From Candidatus Heimdallarchaeota archaeon (lineage in GTDB: Archaea; Asgardarchaeota; Heimdallarchaeia; Hodarchaeales; Hodarchaeaceae), in NCBI GenBank assembly GCA_011364965.1, contig RDOB01000003.1, forward strand, positions 96,001 through 160,000: DNA of 64,000 nt, given 5' to 3'. The notes under the pieces were generated by a model. That model was given only the letters and a program-made list of their open reading frames with translations. It did no database searches and was not told the origin of the DNA. Each line of letters starts with the position of its first letter. The stretch's first letter is position 1. Positions 50,431-59,789 of the stretch are shown here, piece after piece. The position numbers were made by a program, and so were the translations under genes.

Positions 50431-52092
50431 TCAGATCATTTCAGGGTTTGTAGAGGGGGCAAGATGACCAAATACTTCCTCTGCAATATTAATTGCACCA
50501 TCAAATACAGATCGTGTACCATTCCACGTTTTTAATTCCTTTGAGTAGGTTTTACAAAATCTAGTCAGAAATTCAGTTAATGTTCTTTGAAGCTCAGGAT
50601 CCTGTTTATTACTAAATAAGGCAGCTGAAACACCTGTGTTCTTCTCTTTATCAGTTAATATAAAATGATTTCCGTGACGTACAAGGTTAAGGTCTCCTTT
50701 CTCCTTCATAGTTTCATTCATAAATGAAGCAACCGCAGTTAAGGCACCAGATAATAAAGTGAGTTCCGTTGAGATATCTATCTTTTGAAAACTGTAATCG
50801 AAGATAGGTAATCCACCTTCTTCGATAACAAGTAACAATGTAAAGTCAAGAGGTTTGTAACTGTCAGATACCCAAAATAAGGGGAAAGCTGCTAAAATAG
50901 CTAAAATAGTGATTAAATAGGTAATTATCTCCACGTTCTCAATTTCTGGAGGTAAGATCCAATAACCGATAATATAACCGATTCCCAACCCTACAACAAG
51001 GGATATAAATCCCATGGCGTAATATCGTCCTAAACCATCACGAGGTGACAAGTCGGCCCATAAAGAGGAATCTAAAGTGGGATGTAAAAATGAAAATGAT
51101 ACACCAATGCTTAAAGCAGCTACTATAAAGCTATTCGGGGTTTTTTCTAAACCAAAAATCAATGAAGCAAAAACAATTCCGTAGATTGCTACAACAATTA
51201 AATTTTTCCGTCCGAATCTATCCGTAAAGTATCCAGCAGGTAAAATTGCAAGTAGGTCTCCTACTAAAACAATGAACCAAAAACTCTTATCGATAGGAAG
51301 ATCAAATTCTCCAACGGATGGTATTTCTATAATCCACGAAATATTTAGCACTTCTGCTCCAAGTTGTGAAAAACTTGCAAGAACAATTCCCAACATTGTG
51401 TAGAGGAGGATATGTGTACTAAGATAAGCACGTACTGATCTTCTATTTATAATTTTATGAAATCGAGTAGGCCATTTATCATTTTTCCAACTTAACATAT
51501 TACGAGTTAATAAATAAAAACATATTGTAAGCAAAATGCCAAATATGCCCACAATAGATAATATACTCACAAAACTGTGACTTAAATATTCTGTATCATT
51601 GAATCTAGATGAGTAACCTCCCCCAAAGAGAATTGCTACTATGCCTAGGATAATAAAAGAAAAGATAATGTACGAATATATTCTTCCGCGTTTCCACATA
51701 TCAGAAAGACCAGCGAACAGAGTACCACTACTTGTTAATAGTAAACTAAAGAAAAATGCCAAACTAGCTAAACCTATTATTAAAAAAAGGCCTTCTTGCA
51801 AGACAAATACGAAAAATATTACACTCAAGGAACTACCTGACATTCCAATTAGAATAGATGTTCGTAAATATCTTGGTTCTTGATCCAATTTAACCCCCGT
51901 ATAATAAATTACAAAAATCACTAATATAAGTATCAAGATCAAAAGTAATGCTCCTAATCCTGCAAATGGATTATTAGCAGAGCTTTCTATATAATTAATA
52001 ATATCAAAAGAATAGATCAACACTAATAATGTGGCTAATAACCAAGTGAAAACACTAGGAATAATGACAATTAATTTGGTTCTTAATTTCAT
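50431..52092 (-). CDS. MFS transporter fused to a C-terminal longin-like domain
   Basis: Motif A GYFTDRFGRK; soluble tail LLVIEEGGLPIFDYSF...LLSGALTAVASFM...LTEFLTRFCKTY..ELKTWNG...F. Confidence 0.82.
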   Translation of the reverse strand: MKLRTKLIVIIPSVFTWLLATLLVLIYSFDIINYIESSANNPFAGLGALLLILILILVIFVIYYTGVKLDQEPRYLRTSILIGMSGSSLSVIFFVFVLQEGLFLIIGLASLAFFFSLLLTSSGTLFAGLSDMWKRGRIYSYIIFSFIILGIVAILFGGGYSSRFNDTEYLSHSFVSILSIVGIFGILLTICFYLLTRNMLSWKNDKWPTRFHKIINRRSVRAYLSTHILLYTMLGIVLASFSQLGAEVLNISWIIEIPSVGEFDLPIDKSFWFIVLVGDLLAILPAGYFTDRFGRKNLIVVAIYGIVFASLIFGLEKTPNSFIVAALSIGVSFSFLHPTLDSSLWADLSPRDGLGRYYAMGFISLVVGLGIGYIIGYWILPPEIENVEIITYLITILAILAAFPLFWVSDSYKPLDFTLLLVIEEGGLPIFDYSFQKIDISTELTLLSGALTAVASFMNETMKEKGDLNLVRHGNHFILTDKEKNTGVSAALFSNKQDPELQRTLTEFLTRFCKTYSKELKTWNGTRSVFDGAINIAEEVFGHLAPSTNPEMI

Positions 52093-52205
52093 AACTTTGG
52101 CTTCCTTCTAATTGATTTTAATTTCTGTATGTACTCATTTTTTCCTTTTCTTTCAATCTTTTAGCTTCGATTATTTAATCCAATAACCATGAATTGTCAG
52201 ATAAA

Positions 52206-53843
52206 TTAACTCCTGAAAGATTTTGAAGGTAATAGAGGTCCAAATATTTCCTCTGCATACCCAATCCCTTTCTCAAACGCATTAGGCTGTCCAACCCACT
52301 TTTCAATTTCACTGTGATGAGATTTAGTAAATTTAACAAGAAATTGGTTCAAACTGCTTTGTAACTCAGCTGATGCTTTATTAGCAAAGATAGTGCCAAT
52401 AATATCTCCTTTAGAAGTGCTAATACGTGTTTGTACAATTAAAACATGACCATGACGCACTAAATCTAACGTTGCATGCTGTTCGTCTATTTCTTCAAAA
52501 AAAGTATCTATAGCAGAAAGTGCCCCTGCAACAAGAGCTAAATCTTTCTGCGAGATCTGTTCTTTATGATGGAAATCGTAATCAAATAGCAACATTCCAC
52601 TTCGCGTGACCAAGAGTAGATAGATATCCAAAGGGGGAAATGAATCGTTCATATAAAATAAAGGTAGGAGACTCAAGACTGCAAAGAAGAAAAGAATATA
52701 GCTTATATTACTAGAATCTGCTGTTATAAATGGATTGATGAATAATCCCAGCAATAATCCAGTTCCTATTCCTTGAAGAAGCATGACAAACCCTAGAGCA
52801 TTATAACGGCCAAGTGAATCTAAAGGACTTAAATCACACCATACGGTACTATCAATTGTCGGATGCATTGTAGAAAAGCTCCCACCCAAAATAAAAGCTG
52901 ATAAGTAAAACATGAAAGGATTATTACTTAGAGCTACAATTAATGCTGAAAGGACTATTCCGTAAACCCCGATGATAATCAAATTCTTCCTACCTATATG
53001 GTCAGCAATTAAACCATTAGGAAATACCAATAAAACATCTCCAAAGAAAACAAAAAGCCAAAAGAGCTTATCCTGATTAGCTTGAAATATGGAAAACCAG
53101 GGAGTATCAACTAAGAGGTTAGGAAATTTTATCTGACCTATTTCTGGAATTGTGATAAACGCAAAACCTAGCATCACATAAATAAAATAATGAGAAATTA
53201 AATAAGCTTTTGTAGGTCTTCGACTCAGAATTTTCTGTAACTTAGTTGGAAATTTATCATTAACCCACGGATCAATTGACCGACTGAATACATAAAAAAC
53301 TAAAGCTACAAGAATAGACAATAATCCTGTTAATATCAAAGGAAAATGGAAATCTAAAAAGTTAAATTCGGCAAATAACATAATTGTAATTACTGCAAAC
53401 ATACTCATGAATAATGCTCCTGCGTATAGACGTCCGCGATTATGTGCCTCAGAAAATCCAGAAAAGAATGAAGCTGTAGCTGTTGTACCCACTCCCAGAA
53501 AGAATCCCATGGCTGGAAGAGCAATAAGCAGAATACCGAAATAAATTGTTCCTAGAATTACTAGAAACAGAGAAATTCCAATTGATACCAAGGAGATTAC
53601 GATTAAGGATTTTAAATGTTCGGGATTCTTGTCAATAATCATCCCAGTTCCATATAAAGCACCTGTAGCTACTATAGCTGTAATAAGTAAGATAAAATAG
53701 GCTGGGTTAAAAGGAATGTCTCCAATAATCAATATCGGTGCTGTTTCAAGAAGATCAAGAGAGTAAACTAGCAAGAATATGGCTGTAATTAGCCACATCA
53801 TACTAATCGGGATCATTATTGTAAGAGATCTTAAAAATTTCAC
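52206..53843 (-). CDS. MFS transporter fused to a C-terminal longin-like domain (paralog)
   Basis: Motif A GLIADHIGRK; tail LLLVTRSGMLLFDYDF...LVAGALSAIDTFF...LNQFLVKF....EIEKWVG...F. Confidence 0.82.
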   Translation of the reverse strand: MKFLRSLTIMIPISMMWLITAIFLLVYSLDLLETAPILIIGDIPFNPAYFILLITAIVATGALYGTGMIIDKNPEHLKSLIVISLVSIGISLFLVILGTIYFGILLIALPAMGFFLGVGTTATASFFSGFSEAHNRGRLYAGALFMSMFAVITIMLFAEFNFLDFHFPLILTGLLSILVALVFYVFSRSIDPWVNDKFPTKLQKILSRRPTKAYLISHYFIYVMLGFAFITIPEIGQIKFPNLLVDTPWFSIFQANQDKLFWLFVFFGDVLLVFPNGLIADHIGRKNLIIIGVYGIVLSALIVALSNNPFMFYLSAFILGGSFSTMHPTIDSTVWCDLSPLDSLGRYNALGFVMLLQGIGTGLLLGLFINPFITADSSNISYILFFFAVLSLLPLFYMNDSFPPLDIYLLLVTRSGMLLFDYDFHHKEQISQKDLALVAGALSAIDTFFEEIDEQHATLDLVRHGHVLIVQTRISTSKGDIIGTIFANKASAELQSSLNQFLVKFTKSHHSEIEKWVGQPNAFEKGIGYAEEIFGPLLPSKSFRS

Positions 53844-53952
53844 GGATAAGATGCCTCAGGATTGCAGTTTGATTGAGGAAAAAAAGTCCAAAACTCTAAT
53901 TAAAAAATGCTTCTGTTAAATTAATTAATAGGATTCTTCCCAGAAACGGAAA

Positions 53953-55002
53953 ATGGTTAAAATGAACGATTTGGAATTATATAATTTAGTAAAAGAGCTT
54001 GCAGAAATACCAGGGCCGGTGGGTAGGGAATCTGAGGTTCAAAAATATCTTTCAATGGAATGGGAACAGAACGGGTTTGAGACCTCATATGATAAGGTTG
54101 GTAATTTATATGGAAAATCTTTTGGTTCTGGGAAACGTTGGGCTATCGTATCTCACGCGGATTCGATCGGATTTATTGTCCAGAAAATATTAAGAAATGG
54201 TTTCATTAAAGTTGCATTTAATACTGCGGCAACAAATCCGGATGCAAGATTTTTAGCGGGAACTCCAGTTAGATTTCTTACAAATGATAACAAAATGGTC
54301 ATTGGATATTTTGGATTAAGAAGTGGGCACTTAGCAGGAGTTGAAGGCAAGAGGAAACCTATTTTATTTGAGGATATGTTTATAGATGTTGGAGTAGATT
54401 CAAAAGAGGAAGTAAATTCTCTTGGTATCGATATAGGATCAGCTGCGGTATTTTATTCTCCTGTTTTCAAATCTCAAAGTAATATTGTTGGACCTTCAAT
54501 GGACAATCGGATAGGAGGTGCTATTCAATGTTTACTAGCAAAGGAAATTAATGCGCAAAATACCTCTTTGAACCTCCATTTAATTTCAACTGTTCAAGAG
54601 GAGATTGGTATGAAAGGTGCTGCAGCCGTGGCAAGAAATTATGAATACGATGGAGTAATTGTGCTTGATATAGGACTAACTGGGGATATACCAACTTCTA
54701 ATAAAGATAATCTTGACACTCGGCTAAAAGGGGGGCCAATAATTGTATATAAGGACTTCTCTATTCATTATTCAGTTGAAATTATACAGGAAATTGAGGA
54801 GTTAGCAAAGACAAATAATATCCCTTTTCAAAGAGCAGTATTTAAAAACTTCAATACTGATGGAGTTCACTTCTTCATGAATGGTTATCCTACAGTAATG
54901 CTTGCTATTCCCTGTCGATATACACATACTAATTTCGAAACTATAAGATTTATAGATGTGAAAAACACGTTGAGTTTATTAAAACTTATTATTACAGTTT
55001 AA
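53953..55002 (+). CDS. M42 family (TET) aminopeptidase
   Basis: HAD, MDNR, QEEIG, LDIG, RYTH. Confidence 0.9.
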   Translation: MVKMNDLELYNLVKELAEIPGPVGRESEVQKYLSMEWEQNGFETSYDKVGNLYGKSFGSGKRWAIVSHADSIGFIVQKILRNGFIKVAFNTAATNPDARFLAGTPVRFLTNDNKMVIGYFGLRSGHLAGVEGKRKPILFEDMFIDVGVDSKEEVNSLGIDIGSAAVFYSPVFKSQSNIVGPSMDNRIGGAIQCLLAKEINAQNTSLNLHLISTVQEEIGMKGAAAVARNYEYDGVIVLDIGLTGDIPTSNKDNLDTRLKGGPIIVYKDFSIHYSVEIIQEIEELAKTNNIPFQRAVFKNFNTDGVHFFMNGYPTVMLAIPCRYTHTNFETIRFIDVKNTLSLLKLIITV

Positions 55003-55045
55003 GCTTGCTTATTATAATTTAGAATACTTTTTAGCGTGAAAACTA

Positions 55046-56731
55046 ATGTTTATAACACCAGTTACAATGATAAAAATGGGAGGAAGCTTGATTACTTATA
55101 AAAATGATGAACAACGCATTCAGAAATATTTAAAGGAAATAGACCAGTTCCTGTCAGGAAAAGGATCTATTGATAATCTCTATACGACTATATGTGAACT
55201 CATGAATTTTGAAGTACTCAATAAGATCTTTGAGATCCTAAAAAGGTATATAACGGCCAATCCTGATAGAAAAATAATTTTAATACATGGTGCAGGGTCA
55301 ATTGGCCATTCGTTGGTCTTTTATCTAACTAAAGAGAAAAAAAATCTCGAATGCACTTTTCCAATTATAAAATTAGCTGTTGCAATTCAAAATCAAATAA
55401 TTATTAGTTCTGCAATTAAAATGGGATTGAACACGATTTCAATGCCGTCTCATAATGTAATGATAGGAGGATTTTCATCGTCGATCTCTTCAACTTATGT
55501 TAATAGCCCAGATTTATCCGTTTTGGAAGAAATATTATGTAATTCTAATGCGATTCCAGTTTTTTATGGTGATGTTGGATTTTCAAAACGTGGATGGAAA
55601 GTACTTTCTGGAGATATATACTCAAGTTTGCTTATTAGACGATTTAAAGGATTAAGAATTACCAAAGCCATATTTCTCACTAGAGTTGAGGAGAAAACAA
55701 CTGGAATCTATACTGAAGATCCAGTGAACAATACCGCGGAATTTATTTCACGAATAGAAGTTGAACAAACTTCAGTAAAGTGCTATAATGAACATAATAG
55801 ACTTGTCCAATTTAAGAATTATGAGAAAAAAGATGGAAAATTTGATGTTACGGGAGCTATGCAGGGGAAACTTGAAAATTTAATCGATTTGGCAAATAAT
55901 TTTACTAAATCATGGGTTATTGGAATAGATGAATTCTATGAAGCCTTAGAAGGCAAATCTGTTGGAACACGAATTTATAAGACCATTAAGGAAAATATAT
56001 TAATAAAGTTTCTTGGAACGGGAGATGCATTTAATTCAGAAGGATTTAAGAGTGCCTCAACACTTATAGAAACAGAAGGAAGGTATATTCTTCTGGATTG
56101 TGGTCCTCATACTTTATCTGCAATGAAAAAAGCATTTCTTCCAACGAATAACATAGATCTAATCTTAATAACGCATTTTCATGGAGATCATACAGCTGGA
56201 GTTCCTTTTATTCTTCTTGAATCTATGATTCTCAGCAAAAGAAATCATCCTTTAACTATTTGTGGTCCACCTGGCGTTCAAAATGTTATAAAAGCACTAT
56301 ATGAGGCATTATATTCTGAATTATCAACAAAACCACATTCATTTGACATAATATTCTTAGAAATTACTCCTGGTAAGCCAGTTTTCTTTCCCAACCTCAA
56401 GATTCAAGCTATTAAAATGCTTCACACCCCAGAAGCTCTGGGATACATACTGGAGGGAAAGAATATGAAATTAGCTTATTCTGGTGATACAGGGTGGACT
56501 GAATCCTTACTAGAATTGGTTGAGGGTACTGATCTTGCCATAATTGAGTGTAATTTCATTGACCAAGAACATGAATATCATTTAAATTTCCATCAAGTGA
56601 AAAAATTGGCCAAACTCACAAAACGACTTTTCCTTACACACATGGGAGAGGGGGTACGCGATGATCTTGAAGAGTACTTAGTAAATACAAATATCTTCAT
56701 TGCCCACGAAGGAAATATAGAAAGATTTTAA
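55046..56731 (+). CDS. Isopentenyl phosphate kinase-like (AAK) domain fused to an RNase Z-like MBL hydrolase
   Basis: KMGGSLIT, HGAGSIGH, PVFYGD, LSGD, DVTGAMQGK; then LGTGDAF, LDCG, THFHGDH, SGDT, THMG. Confidence 0.82.
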   Translation: MFITPVTMIKMGGSLITYKNDEQRIQKYLKEIDQFLSGKGSIDNLYTTICELMNFEVLNKIFEILKRYITANPDRKIILIHGAGSIGHSLVFYLTKEKKNLECTFPIIKLAVAIQNQIIISSAIKMGLNTISMPSHNVMIGGFSSSISSTYVNSPDLSVLEEILCNSNAIPVFYGDVGFSKRGWKVLSGDIYSSLLIRRFKGLRITKAIFLTRVEEKTTGIYTEDPVNNTAEFISRIEVEQTSVKCYNEHNRLVQFKNYEKKDGKFDVTGAMQGKLENLIDLANNFTKSWVIGIDEFYEALEGKSVGTRIYKTIKENILIKFLGTGDAFNSEGFKSASTLIETEGRYILLDCGPHTLSAMKKAFLPTNNIDLILITHFHGDHTAGVPFILLESMILSKRNHPLTICGPPGVQNVIKALYEALYSELSTKPHSFDIIFLEITPGKPVFFPNLKIQAIKMLHTPEALGYILEGKNMKLAYSGDTGWTESLLELVEGTDLAIIECNFIDQEHEYHLNFHQVKKLAKLTKRLFLTHMGEGVRDDLEEYLVNTNIFIAHEGNIERF

Positions 56732-56760
56732 GCTTAAAAAGAAATGCAAATGATATGAAT

Positions 56761-57009
56761 TCAGGTATTATCTGATTTAGGAGTTAGAAACCAGACGATA
56801 TTCTTCCTCTCGCCATCTTTTCCTGCAACAACTTTGTAACTCACTTTACCCTCCATCCTCATTTGTGTCAGAGCCATAGGTATCCGATCAGCACAATCTT
56901 GATTATAGATTTTCACTTCGTTCATTATTTCTTCGGTTGTTCCTTCATTCATATCAGCAAGAATGGTTAAAATCCACTTTTCAGTACCTCTGTACTCTTC
57001 GGTAACCAA
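56761..57009 (-). CDS. Small winged-helix protein
   Basis: ILTIL...TTEEI...ALTQMRMEGKV...WFL pattern; GGTGA RBS. Confidence 0.6.
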   Translation of the reverse strand: MVTEEYRGTEKWILTILADMNEGTTEEIMNEVKIYNQDCADRIPMALTQMRMEGKVSYKVVAGKDGERKNIVWFLTPKSDNT

Positions 57010-57286
57010 CTAATAATCACCGTTAAATGTTATCTAAACTTTCTACTCACTTCTATTAAATATACCCATTTGATTTGATATTTATTACATCGAAGTTAAT
57101 TGAAAACCAGAGTATCAATTAGAAATGAATAAATTCTATTGGAATTATCACCAAACTAATGAATATTGAATAAGCATGTTGTTGCTGAATTTTTTGTTGA
57201 TCATAATCCCAATCTAAAAATCCTATTATTAACAAAAGTTATTATAGAACCCAGATCAAAAAATATTATCAACTGGAGATAGAAGC

Positions 57287-57841
57287 GTGTCCAAAGAAAT
57301 TAAACATATATTGAAATTATTACTCCTTGGGGATGGAGCAGTAGGTAAAACATCCCTAATATTGCGCTATATTGAAAATAAATTTAAAGAAGAATATTCC
57401 ATGTCTCTGGGAGTTGATTTCTTAACAAAAACCGTTAAATTTATTGATGAAAATAACACACAAAGAACTGTTTCCCTGCAAATCTGGGATATCGCAGGCC
57501 AGGCACGTCACGTTTCTTACTCGCATCTCTATTTAAAAGGGGCTCAAGGTGCATTTTATGTGTTCGACTTAACCCGTAAAGAAACATTAATGCAAATTCA
57601 ATCAAGATGGCAATCTCAAGTAGCAAAAGTTTCTCCTCAATGCCTTTCAATTCTGATTGGTAACAAAGCAGATTTAAAGAAGGAACGGGATATTACTAAA
57701 TCTGAAGTAAATCAAATAAAACAATCCATGTATGCAATCGATTTTATTGAAACCTCTGCAAAAACTGGACTAAATGTTGATCAGGCGTTTTCAACGATGG
57801 CAGCTGCTATCTTAAATCTCAAAATAAAAAAATACCTTTGA
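57287..57841 (+). CDS. Rab-like small GTPase (Ras superfamily)
   Basis: G1 GDGAVGKT, SLGVDF, WDIAGQ, NKAD, ETSAK; no C-terminal Cys. Confidence 0.95.
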   Translation: MSKEIKHILKLLLLGDGAVGKTSLILRYIENKFKEEYSMSLGVDFLTKTVKFIDENNTQRTVSLQIWDIAGQARHVSYSHLYLKGAQGAFYVFDLTRKETLMQIQSRWQSQVAKVSPQCLSILIGNKADLKKERDITKSEVNQIKQSMYAIDFIETSAKTGLNVDQAFSTMAAAILNLKIKKYL

Positions 57842-57850
57842 GGGCTTTGT

Positions 57851-58621
57851 TTGTCACTACAAGACTTTAAAACCATTAAAGCGTTTTTTGTTTTCCAAAA
57901 AGAGAGCGGGAATACTTTATTTACACGCTCATATGAAAAAGAAGATTCTCAGACTCCAGATCCACATCTAGTTGTTGCTTTTTTGACTGCGATGTTCTCA
58001 TTCGCAAAATCTTCATCATTAAGTGATCTAAGAGTCGTAGATATGACTGACCTTCGTTTTTCCTTTATTGAACGTGAGGGTTTAGTCTTTTCAATTCTAG
58101 CATCTGCCTTAGTTAGTCCAATGGATTTACAGTTTAAACTTACTACAATTGCCAGTTTATTCCTAGCAGAATATGGAGATAAAATTAAAAAAATACAGCT
58201 AATAGATACAGAAATTTTCGAACCTTTTTCAGCTCAAGTTGACGAAATCTTTAAAGGCGAAACGAGAGAAATGCTAACCTCCTCAAAAAACGCTGCACTG
58301 TTCTATTTAAAGAAATTAATGCAACAAAACGATATTGGGGTAAGAGGGTGCATGATTGTTTCATTTACAGGTGATATTTTAATCGAACATAATATGGATC
58401 AAAAAAGAATGGCAGGAGCAATTCGATTATTGAATGTAAGCACATATATGAGAAATTTACGATATATGGTTGTTTCTTCTGAAGCTACTAATCTTGTTGC
58501 ATATAAGATTAGCGAAGGGCTATTATTATATGTTGATGGCGATCCCTCAACAGGTTTGGAGAATCTAGTTGTAAGAGTAGCAGAAACTGTCAACCAGATT
58601 AAAGAAATTATCCCACATTGA
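57851..58621 (+). CDS. Longin-roadblock/LC7 fusion protein
   Basis: N-half FVFQKESGNTLFTRSY...LVVAFLTAMFSFA...FEPF (longin); C-half GVRGCMIVSFTGDIL...LLLYV (roadblock). Confidence 0.78.
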   Translation: MSLQDFKTIKAFFVFQKESGNTLFTRSYEKEDSQTPDPHLVVAFLTAMFSFAKSSSLSDLRVVDMTDLRFSFIEREGLVFSILASALVSPMDLQFKLTTIASLFLAEYGDKIKKIQLIDTEIFEPFSAQVDEIFKGETREMLTSSKNAALFYLKKLMQQNDIGVRGCMIVSFTGDILIEHNMDQKRMAGAIRLLNVSTYMRNLRYMVVSSEATNLVAYKISEGLLLYVDGDPSTGLENLVVRVAETVNQIKEIIPH

Positions 58622-58652
58622 AATCATGATGATTTGGATAGGATAGAATAGT

Positions 58653-59111
58653 TTGTTTTCACTAGAAATAGCAGAATTAAAGGATATTCCCGAAATTTCA
58701 GATATTATCATTAAAGCATACGAACCTATTGGAAAACTGCTTTCTCGTCCCCCAGGAGCCTTAAATAATTTAGACAAAAAGTTAACTGATTCAGTTTCCG
58801 AGAATGGATTATATAAAATTCTAATGGATGCATCCAAAATTATAGGTACGTTATCTATTAGTTACATTAACGCAAATACCATTAAACTATTTCATTTTGC
58901 AATAACACCTAGTAAACAAAATCTGGGAGTTGGTTCATGGGCGATTTATGAGTTATTAAATCATTTGGAACCTAGTGTGAGAAAGGTCGTTCTTGAAGTA
59001 TATGCTAAAACCCCAAAAGCAAGAAGATTTTATGAAAAACACGGTTTCTCCATATATGGATCAAAAAAAATCAAAAATGAATTAATATACAAATTAAGTT
59101 ATGTAGTTTAA
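58653..59111 (+). CDS. GNAT acetyltransferase
   Basis: FAITPSKQNLGVG, ARRFYEKHGF. Confidence 0.88.
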   Translation: MFSLEIAELKDIPEISDIIIKAYEPIGKLLSRPPGALNNLDKKLTDSVSENGLYKILMDASKIIGTLSISYINANTIKLFHFAITPSKQNLGVGSWAIYELLNHLEPSVRKVVLEVYAKTPKARRFYEKHGFSIYGSKKIKNELIYKLSYVV

Positions 59112-59213
59112 ATATATGAATTCCTCATGAAAATATTATTTAAATTCAGAATTACTATTGCGTTATTGAAAGCTTTCATTATTTTGGAATCAATCTTGAA
59201 TTGAGGGTTCTTA

Positions 59214-59687
59214 ATGAAATATGCTGATTTGATAACTAAACCTCCGTTTAATATATTTCCATATAAAAATGCTCCTTCTATAATTGATAAATTAGAATAT
59301 CTTGGGGAAGAATCGTCTCCGTATGAAATTTCTCCTGGAACAGATTTGTGTATCAGTGATACATATTATTCATTAGGTTTTCTTACATATTTACACGCTT
59401 TTGGGAGAGTTGTAAAAAAGGATGATAAATGGTTACTTGACCCTCAAGGGAAGTCATTACCTGATAAACCTTATAGATTTACTTTAATATCTGATGCAGT
59501 AGAAATTTTAAACGTATTGCAAAATGGGCCATTAACAATAGAAGAGATTGCTGAAGCTGTAGAAAATATCTCAGAGGAGAAAATTGAGATTTATTTGAAT
59601 ATCCTCAACTTATTATCTCAAAAGGGAAGAGTTAATCAAGTTTCTAAAGGGTGGGACGCTACATTTCAGTTAATTGAGTGGGATTAA
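59214..59687 (+). CDS. Hypothetical protein, probably tandem winged helix
   Basis: C-terminal ILNVLQNGPLTIEEIAEAV...YLNIL...GRV; similar N-half FLTYL..FGRV. Confidence 0.6.
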   Translation: MKYADLITKPPFNIFPYKNAPSIIDKLEYLGEESSPYEISPGTDLCISDTYYSLGFLTYLHAFGRVVKKDDKWLLDPQGKSLPDKPYRFTLISDAVEILNVLQNGPLTIEEIAEAVENISEEKIEIYLNILNLLSQKGRVNQVSKGWDATFQLIEWD

Positions 59688-59789
59688 TTCCCACTAATTT
59701 TATTCCAATCTGAGGAATTATAATGTATATTTTTAGACTTGGGATAAATTATACCTCTTAACGAATTAATAGATAAACAGTGAATTTAG

